Origin: Marispirochaeta sp.
Lineage (GTDB): Bacteria; Spirochaetota; Spirochaetia; JC444; Marispirochaetaceae
Direction: 5' to 3'
Length of the DNA stretch: 64,000 bases
Assembly (NCBI GenBank): GCA_963676835.2
Contig: CAXXFF010000001.1
Span: 864,001-928,000, forward strand
A program made the position numbers and the translations under genes. Below, piece by piece: positions 9,375 to 19,031 of this stretch (the first letter of the stretch is position 1; the number at the start of each line of letters is the position of its first letter). The notes below the pieces were generated by a model. That model made no database searches, had not been told where the DNA came from, and worked only from the letters and a program-made list of their open reading frames with translations.

Positions 9375-10706
9375 CTATTTTTTGGTTTTTCGCTTACCGC
9401 CGCGTTTTTTTCGCTCTACCACAGGGATTTCAGCTTTTTTTACCACGGTACTGTCAGCAGAATCTTCTGCTGTCTCTTTTTTGGCGGCCTTTGAAGATGC
9501 ACCGTACTTCTCTTCATCCCGGGACTGTCTGCGCTTTGCTGCGATGGAAGACCAGAGCAGAAGCACGGGAGAGGCTACAAAGATAGAAGAGTAGGTTCCC
9601 ACCAGGATTCCGATTATCAGGTTCAGAGCAAAAAGCTTTATGGAGCCGCTTGCAAAGATATAGATTGCCAGAACTGCCAGCAGAGTGGTGATTGATGTAA
9701 TCAGGGTTCTGCTCAGAGACTGGGTAATACTGGTGTTGACCACCTCCGGAAGCTTGGAGTCCTTCATAAGCTCCCGGTTTTCACGGATACGGTCAAAGAT
9801 AACGATGGTGTCGTTCAGCGAGTAACCGATAATGGTCAGAACCGCTGCTATGGTTGCAGTTGATACCTCAAACTGGAACGTACCGATAATCCCCAGCATA
9901 AAGGCAACGTCATGCACCAGTGCAAGGATTGCTGAAACAGCATAGGCCAGCTGGAAACGGAACCAGATATATACCAGGATCAGAACCAGAGCAATAAGGG
10001 TAAGGGTAAATGACTGACGCCCGAGGTTCTGGGAAAACTTGGGTCCTACATAATCAGTCTGCTTTACAATAACCTGATCAGCACCGTATTTGGCCCCCAG
10101 GCGATCCTCGATGGTTTTCGCCATGGTTGCGGAAAAATCGGCATCCTCACCTGGATCTTCAACCCGGATAAGAAACTCCTGATCCTCAGGAGCACCGACA
10201 ACCTGAATCATGGTGGATCCAAGTCCATCAAGCAGACCGCGGACCTCTTCGATATCGATACCGGCAGATGCAGGGGACATGTTGACCACCGCTGCCTGCT
10301 CGGAAAGATTTATCGTATAGTTGAGACTCAGCAGCTTTTCAGATTCCGTCTGGCCGCTTACAGCAAGTTCAACATTAACGCCGTCCACAGCACTGAGTGC
10401 AGCCGCAACCGCTCTCAGAAGAGGATACTCGGTATAGGAGATCTCGGTGATGCTGACACCTGCAGAGTTCCGGACCTCAACACTTATGCCGGTGGCAGCT
10501 ACATTGAACAGAACATCATCTTCGCCGTCATAACTTACATTCATGGCTACCGGGGCAATCTGAACCCGCTGGTTGATACCGGCGTTAAAATCGATACCCA
10601 GGTCGAATCCGCCCTGAACGACAGTTCCCACGATTCCGCCGATTATGACAAGCAGAGATACAAATACAAGAAAACGGAGTTTGGTGAATTGAATTACGCG
10701 CTTCAT
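9375..10706 (-). CDS. secF: Protein translocase subunit SecF
   Basis: LGIDFNAG, GYSLNDTIVIFDRIRE, GTYSSIFVA motifs. Confidence 0.96.
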   Translation of the reverse strand: MKRVIQFTKLRFLVFVSLLVIIGGIVGTVVQGGFDLGIDFNAGINQRVQIAPVAMNVSYDGEDDVLFNVAATGISVEVRNSAGVSITEISYTEYPLLRAVAAALSAVDGVNVELAVSGQTESEKLLSLNYTINLSEQAAVVNMSPASAGIDIEEVRGLLDGLGSTMIQVVGAPEDQEFLIRVEDPGEDADFSATMAKTIEDRLGAKYGADQVIVKQTDYVGPKFSQNLGRQSFTLTLIALVLILVYIWFRFQLAYAVSAILALVHDVAFMLGIIGTFQFEVSTATIAAVLTIIGYSLNDTIVIFDRIRENRELMKDSKLPEVVNTSITQSLSRTLITSITTLLAVLAIYIFASGSIKLFALNLIIGILVGTYSSIFVASPVLLLWSSIAAKRRQSRDEEKYGASSKAAKKETAEDSADSTVVKKAEIPVVERKKRGGKRKTKK

Positions 10707-12430
10707 TACTTCCTCCAGCTGATGCTCAGCTTCTTCATTTTCAGCGTTTGAAGACTGAAGTCAAAAACAAGGCGTGAAACGAAGAGTGCGGTAAACATGG
10801 ATGATACAATTCCAACAGCCAGAGTATAGGCAAATCCCTTGATGGGACCGGACCCAAGCTGACTCAGGAATATGGCGGCAATAAAGGTCGTAATATTGGC
10901 ATCCATAACTGTCCAGAATGCCTTGCGGAATCCTGACTTGACTGCAGCATCGGCACTCTTACCAAGCCGGTACTCTTCCTTGATACGCTCAAAGATAATT
11001 ACGTTGGCATCCACCGCCATACCGACGGTCAGAATAAGACCGGCAATACTGGTTAGGGTAAGGGTAAGATGAAATGCCGACAGAATCGCCACAATGAACA
11101 CCAGGTTCAGAGCCAGAGCCAGGTCGGAAATAAGACCGGCACCTTTATAGTAGATAAGCATAAAGATTATTACCGCAAGAAAACCGATAGTAATGGCTGT
11201 AAGGCCTTCGGCAATTGAATCCTCTCCAAGGGCTGCACCGATGGACTGCTGATTATCAATTACCAGGTCTACCGGCATGGCCGCAGTTCGCAGTACGAGG
11301 GCGAGATTATTTGCCTCATCCCGGTCGAAACCGGTCATCTGAACGCTGTTTCTGATAGGCTCGGAAATACGGGCCATGGCTTTAACCTTGTTATCCAGAA
11401 CGATAGCCAGGGTTTTTCCCTCGTTCGCGGAAGTAAGCTTGAAGAAGATATCTCCGCCTTCACTGTCGAGCTGGAAATTGATTACCGGTTTGCCGGTAAT
11501 ACTGTGGGAACCGACGGTGGCAGCCTGTATATGCCCGCCATCAAGGCCGACCTCTTTTTCCAGGACCACATAACGCTGGAGCTGGTCAATTCCGTAACTG
11601 TCCTTAACGTAGTAGCCTTCGGTTATATACCCTGCAGGAACAATATCTGCTCCGCGGATAGTACCGTCAGCATTGACAATTGCCTGAGGATTGTTACTCA
11701 GGTAACTCTGAACGGTTTCACTTATATCCTGTTCAACAATATGAAAGTTCAGACTTCCTTTACCCATGAGAAAGGAGTGAACCCTGTCAGGATCATCGGC
11801 ACCGGGAACCTCAATGGCAATCTGAGAATCTCCCTGCTTACGGATAGAGGGCTCGGTAAGACCGAAATTATCTATACGGTTGGTAAGGATCTCCATTGCC
11901 CGGTCAACGGCCTCACTCATTTCGGCAGTTGAGGGGGTGTGCTCAAGGCGCTCGGCAAGGCTCTCGGCATCTGCGGTAAGAAGTACCCGCATACCGCCGG
12001 AAAGGTCGAGTCCCAGCTGCATAATATTATTGCCCCGGGCCTTGATGGCAAGGAGATCTTCCCGGTAATAGTCTTCTATAACCGAAAAGAACTCGTTTTC
12101 TCCGGAGAAACCGGCCAGAACTGCTTCTACAGTCCAAACCTTGGGTATATCTTTTTTCTCGAGTTTATAGTTTTCCTTGGCTTTGTCAGCGAGAAAACCG
12201 TACTCCCCGGGAAGCTCCTCAGAAGGAGAAGAAGCAATTTTTGCTTTCAGCTCCGCGGCAATTTCCGCGGCCTTTGTTTTGGCATACACCTGGATCTGTT
12301 CACGAGACCCGGAAGCAAGATCAATTTTCTGATCTGGAATTAGAAAGTACCACTCGAAAGTTGGGTACAGAAATGCTCCCGATATCGCCAGCACCAGGAG
12401 TACGATGAAGAATCGGAATCGTTTGCTCAT
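10706..12430 (-). CDS. secD: Protein translocase subunit SecD
   Basis: LGLDLSGG, GMAVDANVIIFERIKEE, DANITT motifs. Confidence 0.96.
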   Translation of the reverse strand: MSKRFRFFIVLLVLAISGAFLYPTFEWYFLIPDQKIDLASGSREQIQVYAKTKAAEIAAELKAKIASSPSEELPGEYGFLADKAKENYKLEKKDIPKVWTVEAVLAGFSGENEFFSVIEDYYREDLLAIKARGNNIMQLGLDLSGGMRVLLTADAESLAERLEHTPSTAEMSEAVDRAMEILTNRIDNFGLTEPSIRKQGDSQIAIEVPGADDPDRVHSFLMGKGSLNFHIVEQDISETVQSYLSNNPQAIVNADGTIRGADIVPAGYITEGYYVKDSYGIDQLQRYVVLEKEVGLDGGHIQAATVGSHSITGKPVINFQLDSEGGDIFFKLTSANEGKTLAIVLDNKVKAMARISEPIRNSVQMTGFDRDEANNLALVLRTAAMPVDLVIDNQQSIGAALGEDSIAEGLTAITIGFLAVIIFMLIYYKGAGLISDLALALNLVFIVAILSAFHLTLTLTSIAGLILTVGMAVDANVIIFERIKEEYRLGKSADAAVKSGFRKAFWTVMDANITTFIAAIFLSQLGSGPIKGFAYTLAVGIVSSMFTALFVSRLVFDFSLQTLKMKKLSISWRK

Positions 12431-12494
12431 GTTTTACTCCGGATGGAATTTGTATTTTAGGTAAGGCTGTAGAAAAACGTCCTTACATCAATCC

Positions 12495-12854
12495 TTATTT
12501 GGACTCGTCAGTTTCTTTCTCTTTAGACTCTTTAGATTCTTTAGCAACAGTAAGAACAGAAGAGATAGCGCTCTTGGAGAACTCAAGCTTGGTGTTGTCA
12601 TCAACTTTCATGACCACAACGTCTTCCTTGACAGACTGAATAACTCCGCGAATACCGCCTATGCTGACAACCCGGTCACCCTTCTTAAGGGCTTCGAGCA
12701 TCTTTTTCGCCTCTTTTTGCCGCTTGTTCTGGGGCCGTATAATAAGAAAATAGAAAATCAGGATGACCAGACCGAAAGTTACACCTGTGGTCATCATCTG
12801 CCCCGCACCGCCAGCTGACTGGGCGACAGGCAATAATGCAGAAAGCATATCCAT
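12495..12854 (-). CDS. yajC: Preprotein translocase subunit YajC
   Basis: FYFLIIRPQNKRQK...LKKGDRVVSIGGI; lies upstream of secD. Confidence 0.95.
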   Translation of the reverse strand: MDMLSALLPVAQSAGGAGQMMTTGVTFGLVILIFYFLIIRPQNKRQKEAKKMLEALKKGDRVVSIGGIRGVIQSVKEDVVVMKVDDNTKLEFSKSAISSVLTVAKESKESKEKETDESK

Positions 12855-13011
12855 TATTATCTCATACCTCTATTATCATGGGATTGCAAAAACGTAACAT
12901 GAATAAGTAAGTGCGGTCAAGGTAAAAGAGTTTTGTCAGGTCCGGGAACAGACCTGCAGAATAAGGGTACAATCTCTTATATTGACAACTTTTATATTCT
13001 TCAGTTTTTGA

Positions 13012-13308
13012 TTATTTAAGAATCCGCGGCTTCACATCATCGGCAACAGAGCGTACCAGTCCGAAAACCCGTTCGAGCTGCTCCGGATTCTCAAAAGAGG
13101 TGCCGGCGGCACTGTTGTACTCCACAAGGACAAGTTCTGCCTCATCGCGGTTTTCCGATTCATAGGCTGATGCCAGGGCCTGTTTATAGAGTCCAGCCTT
13201 GAGAAGTCCGGCAGTATCCAGAGCTCCGTTCTGTGAGAGAGCTTTACCGTCAACAATTGCAGAATTCCCCGAATAGCCGATAGTAAAAATTTTTTCTCCC
13301 CGTTTCAT
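13012..13308 (-). CDS. Hypothetical small protein (98 aa)
   Basis: SD GGAGG upstream; fills the gap between groEL and yajC. Confidence 0.7.
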   Translation of the reverse strand: MKRGEKIFTIGYSGNSAIVDGKALSQNGALDTAGLLKAGLYKQALASAYESENRDEAELVLVEYNSAAGTSFENPEQLERVFGLVRSVADDVKPRILK

Positions 13309-13342
13309 TGCCTTCCTCCCTTTTCTGTTCCAGTCTATACAT

Positions 13343-13371
13343 AAAAAACGGCCCCGCCAACAGGGGGGCCG
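13343..13371 (-). terminator. groEL terminator
   Basis: CGGCCCC...GGGGCCG stem with a U6 tail on the minus strand. Confidence 0.75.
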
Positions 13372-13409
13372 CAGAATAGAAAAATTAACGTATCAGGCAG
13401 AGCCCGGGC

Positions 13410-15101
<1,692 letters not shown>

Positions 15102-15227
15102 TTATTTGCGTCGGAATTGCATAGAAGATACAAATTCTCAATGCTTTCATCAACCAATACCCCCTAATATTTACCCTTTTTTTCCCTATCCCTTGACTTA
15201 TTTCAGCCTTTAAGGACAGATAAAGAT

Positions 15228-16862
15228 GTGAAGATGGGGTTTTTATTCTCCTGTGCCATAATTCTCCGCATTGACGGCAGTGCTGCCTCACAGAGCGGAT
15301 ACGCGGAAAGCATCAAGTCCGCCGCCGACACCGGGGGCATTCCATTAATATGGAACCTGTCGGATGACCTGGCCGGGAATACCGGAATCAATGATTTTCT
15401 CAGCAGCGGCAGATCAGGCCTGCCCCACCCTTTTCTCAGCGAAGAGGAATTGAAAGCAGAAATCCATCTTGCACATTCAGACACAGAAACGGAAACTTAT
15501 CCCTGGCTGCTTCCGCACATGCCCGACCTCTGCCGCGGCAATATACGAAGTATCTATAATAAAAGAAGCAGGCTTCTGCTGACCCGGAAAGACCAGGTCT
15601 GGATTATCCAGGGATCAGAAAGCAGAACCCTTCCCCTGCTGGAACTGGACGGAATGTCAAATGATGTATGGGAGAAAAAGTCTCTGAAGCAGTGCTTCAG
15701 GGATCTGCGCAAAAAGGCCCGGCAGGCGGAGAGTCCAGGAGTTATCCTGATTGATAATCCCGCCGAAGCCATGGCGGAGGAAATCTTTTCACTCCTTGCC
15801 GCCGCGGTCACATCACTGCATATCAAGCCCACGGACCTGTCCGGGCTGCTGAGTTCTCAAGGGCCGGAACAGCCTGGCGTGCCTCCAGCCCTGCCGTCTT
15901 TTCTTGAATCCACCGGCCTGCTCCGGGATCCTGTCAGCCGGCAGCAGCGTTCAGTTCCCTGGACCCTTCCTGATGAAACCAGACTGAAACGTTTGAGTGG
16001 AGACAGGCTGAAAGATTTCCCGTCAGAGGCTGATATACACGTAACTCATCGGGATCTGATCGCAAATATGCCCGGGGAAGTCTATATGTATGAAGGAGAG
16101 ACCGGGGCAGTTTTCAATAAGGGGGATCTGGCAAGTCTTTACCTGGATAAAAAGCGCCCCATCGTCAATGGTGCTGCCAGGGCATTTATACAATGCAGCA
16201 GAAGAGAATTACCCCGGCAGAGCGGCTCCTGCACCGTCCGGAGAATCGGAACCTTTTCCTTCGATGATTATCCCGCCCGGGGGCTCAGGGATTCACTCTC
16301 ATTTACCTCATCATCCTTCAGCTCTCCCGCCCGGATACACAGGGATTTCTTTTTTGTCTCCGGAGATACCAGACTTTGTATCTCCTTCTTTATTGAATAT
16401 CCCGGCATTGAAGATCCCGATGTGGTGGTTGAGTCCTTCGGGTTCATGGAAATACCCCTTGCAAAGGCTGCAGGAAAAAACAGCTACAGTGTGGAAACCC
16501 GCTACCCTGATGGAACAAAAGGCAGCTGCAGATTTACCGAACCCGGGGAATATCTGCTTACCGGCAGCAGTTTCACGTTTCCATCCGGCAGTGGTTCACT
16601 CACCCTCAGCTACAGCGAAAACAGTCAGTCCGTGCAGGAACTTCAGGTCTCTTTACGCAGGGGAAAGCTCTATCTCAACCCCCGGGGCAGCTATGCACCG
16701 GTGTTGGGTACTGCCCTTTCCGGGTTGAGGGAACAGTTCAGTATTGTCCTAGATCTGGAAAACAATGTGAAAAAGAGAGAAGAAACCGGACTTTCCAGCC
16801 TAAAACCCTATGTAGAGGCACACCGTATTTTCAAAGCTGTTCTTCAGACTCATAGGCAGTAA
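15228..16862 (+). CDS. Hypothetical protein (544 aa)
   Basis: Long ORF divergent from groEL; no confident family. Confidence 0.6.
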   Translation: MKMGFLFSCAIILRIDGSAASQSGYAESIKSAADTGGIPLIWNLSDDLAGNTGINDFLSSGRSGLPHPFLSEEELKAEIHLAHSDTETETYPWLLPHMPDLCRGNIRSIYNKRSRLLLTRKDQVWIIQGSESRTLPLLELDGMSNDVWEKKSLKQCFRDLRKKARQAESPGVILIDNPAEAMAEEIFSLLAAAVTSLHIKPTDLSGLLSSQGPEQPGVPPALPSFLESTGLLRDPVSRQQRSVPWTLPDETRLKRLSGDRLKDFPSEADIHVTHRDLIANMPGEVYMYEGETGAVFNKGDLASLYLDKKRPIVNGAARAFIQCSRRELPRQSGSCTVRRIGTFSFDDYPARGLRDSLSFTSSSFSSPARIHRDFFFVSGDTRLCISFFIEYPGIEDPDVVVESFGFMEIPLAKAAGKNSYSVETRYPDGTKGSCRFTEPGEYLLTGSSFTFPSGSGSLTLSYSENSQSVQELQVSLRRGKLYLNPRGSYAPVLGTALSGLREQFSIVLDLENNVKKREETGLSSLKPYVEAHRIFKAVLQTHRQ

Positions 16863-17589
16863 TTTCTCCTGCATACAGGGGCTGCAGCCCCTTCCCCGGA
16901 ACCTCAAGCAGAAGTGCTCCATCACCGTCGAGTCCGGCCAGCCGGGCACTATACTCCTGCCAATGGTCGACGGAACCCGCTGCCACCCGGACGGATTCTC
17001 CCAGACCATAAAGCCTCATTTCGACCTCATCCTTCCACTCACCAAGAGAAAGTCCCTGATAGAGCCGCGGGAGGAGCAGCTCAAGCATGTTCTCCGGTAA
17101 AATGCGTTTACCGGTAATATCCTTCATTGAGGCCGGAGCTCGTCGAAAAGAATCCCCCCCTGGAGGCAGAAGATTCAGGCCCATACCGGCAAGGAACCAG
17201 TCCCCCCTGCCCTGACAGAGGATCCCCGCAATCTTTCCGCCTTCAAATAGAAGATCATTGGGCCATTTGATGCGGGGATGCAGACCGAAGTCCTCCTCCA
17301 GACAGAGCGCGAGCCCCAGACCGAAACGCAGCGAAAGACCGGAAGGCGAGCCGAACAGATCATCTTTATGCAGAAGCAGGGTAAACAGCAGATTTTCCCC
17401 GGGTGCCGAAACCCAGATACGCTCAGCTCCCCGCCCTCTGCCGCCGCTCTGAAATGCAGCGGTAATAACCGTCCCGGATACAGGGTTCTCCCGGATCAGC
17501 GCGGCCGCCTCATCCATGGTGGATACCGTCTCTTTGAGAAAATAGACCGGGGCATTGAAAAACGGGTTGGGAACAGGTAATTTCTTCAT
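16831..17589 (-). CDS. birA: Biotin-protein ligase without an HTH domain
   Basis: QSGGRGR, RIKWPNDL, KIAGIL motifs. Confidence 0.92.
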   Translation of the reverse strand: MKKLPVPNPFFNAPVYFLKETVSTMDEAAALIRENPVSGTVITAAFQSGGRGRGAERIWVSAPGENLLFTLLLHKDDLFGSPSGLSLRFGLGLALCLEEDFGLHPRIKWPNDLLFEGGKIAGILCQGRGDWFLAGMGLNLLPPGGDSFRRAPASMKDITGKRILPENMLELLLPRLYQGLSLGEWKDEVEMRLYGLGESVRVAAGSVDHWQEYSARLAGLDGDGALLLEVPGKGLQPLYAGEITAYESEEQL

Positions 17590-17634
17590 AGGGGCTTCTT
17601 ATTATAGAAGCTTCAATACCCCTTATGTAAAGAG

Positions 17635-17666
17635 GGGTAACAGTTTTCCGTCTTCCGGTTGTTACA
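17635..17666 (+). promoter_or_regulatory. Candidate ECF-type autoregulatory promoter or operator
   Basis: GTAACA (17637-17642)-N17-TGTTAC (17660-17665), about 55 nt before the ECF start codon. Confidence 0.5.
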
Positions 17667-17719
17667 TACATTGAGAATACAGAACAGCCGTCGTGAAGAC
17701 GGGAACAGGGATATTAAAT

Positions 17720-18199
17720 GTGGCAGTTGATGTAGAAAACCTGTACAGCACCTACGGTCCTATGGTGCTGAGACGGTGCAGATCTCTTCTGAGAGATGAA
17801 GAAGCAGCGCTGGATGCAATGCAGGACACCTTTATCCAGGTACTCAGAAAAAAGAAAGAGCTCGATGCCAGAGCTCCTTCAAGTCTGCTCTATACAATCG
17901 CCACAAACATCTGTCTCAATACCATGCGGAAACACAAACGGACTCCGTTTCTCATGGATGACGAAATCCTCGCCCAGGTTGCCGGTTCAGACGATCCGGA
18001 ATCCCTGGCCCTGGCCTCCCATTTTCTCGACCGGCTGTTCCGTACCGAAAAAGAGTCGACCCGTACTATCGCGGTGCTGCACTACGTTGACAGACTGACC
18101 CTTGAAGAGACCGCGGACAAGGTAGGCCTGTCCGTGTCGGGAGTACGCAAGCGGTTGCGGTCACTGCGGAGCAGGGGACTGGCCCTTAAGGAGGTATAA
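17720..18199 (+). CDS. ECF (group 4) sigma-70 factor
   Basis: Region 2 ALDAMQDTFIQV...LYTIATNICLN and region 4 LTLEETADKVGLSVSGVRKRL; GTG start at 17720 (17693 also possible). Confidence 0.93.
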   Translation: MAVDVENLYSTYGPMVLRRCRSLLRDEEAALDAMQDTFIQVLRKKKELDARAPSSLLYTIATNICLNTMRKHKRTPFLMDDEILAQVAGSDDPESLALASHFLDRLFRTEKESTRTIAVLHYVDRLTLEETADKVGLSVSGVRKRLRSLRSRGLALKEV

Positions 18200-18203
18200 A
18201 TCC

Positions 18204-19013
18204 ATGAGCAGAATAATTCCGGATATATTAATAGAACAGGCAGCCCTGGGAGAACTTTCTCAGGAAAAAATGGACGAGCTGAGGAAAGAGTGTGACCTTG
18301 ATGCCCTGATTGCGGAAATTCAGGCTTCAAACAGGGAAATTCTGAATAAGTATCCACCGGCAGAGATAGCCGGGAGAATAAAGAGTGGCGGACAAATACA
18401 GTTAGAGAAAAAAAGGCCCCCTGCAGCAGAAGAAAAAAAGCCCCGACGCATACTTCAGGGGGTATTCCGGGTAGGCCTCCCCATGGCTGCTGCAGCCGCT
18501 CTTTTTATCGCCGTTGGACTTCCTGCCATGCGAAGCGGCGGCAGTCTCAGCGATGATGCCGGAGCCATGGGTGTGCGCCTTAAAGGGCAGGAGCCGGAAA
18601 TAAAGGTCTACCGCCAGACATCCGGCGGAGCGGAAGAGCTGCAGAACGAGGATACTGTCCACGAAAATGACCTGCTCCAGGTAAGCTACATAGCCGCAGG
18701 ATCCAAATACGGCGTTATCCTTTCCATAGACGGCAGCGGGGCAGTTACTCTCCACCATCCCGGCGGGGTGATCGGGGATCAGCAGCTGGCAAAGGGCGGC
18801 GAGTATGCCCTCCCGTTCAGCTATCAGCTTGATGATGCGCCCCGGTTTGAACGCTTCTATTTTATCAGCGGCAGCGAGGAGATCCCCATGGATCTGCTGA
18901 TGAGTGAGGCAGAGCGGGTAGCCATGAGCCGCACCGGGCTCTGGGCCGAGACCTTTCACCTGCCGGACCAGTTCCGCCAGGAATCCCTTCTTCTGCTGAA
19001 GGGCAGCCGCTGA
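18204..19013 (+). CDS. Putative anti-sigma factor: helical N-domain, TM helix, extracytoplasmic DUF4384-like beta domain
   Basis: Strong SD TAAGGAGGT overlapping the end of the ECF gene; TM VGLPMAAAAALFIAVGL; C-domain GVILSIDGSGAVTLH...YQLDDAPRFERF. Confidence 0.75.
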   Translation: MSRIIPDILIEQAALGELSQEKMDELRKECDLDALIAEIQASNREILNKYPPAEIAGRIKSGGQIQLEKKRPPAAEEKKPRRILQGVFRVGLPMAAAAALFIAVGLPAMRSGGSLSDDAGAMGVRLKGQEPEIKVYRQTSGGAEELQNEDTVHENDLLQVSYIAAGSKYGVILSIDGSGAVTLHHPGGVIGDQQLAKGGEYALPFSYQLDDAPRFERFYFISGSEEIPMDLLMSEAERVAMSRTGLWAETFHLPDQFRQESLLLLKGSR

Positions 19014-19031
19014 AAAAGGCGGGGAGATGAT

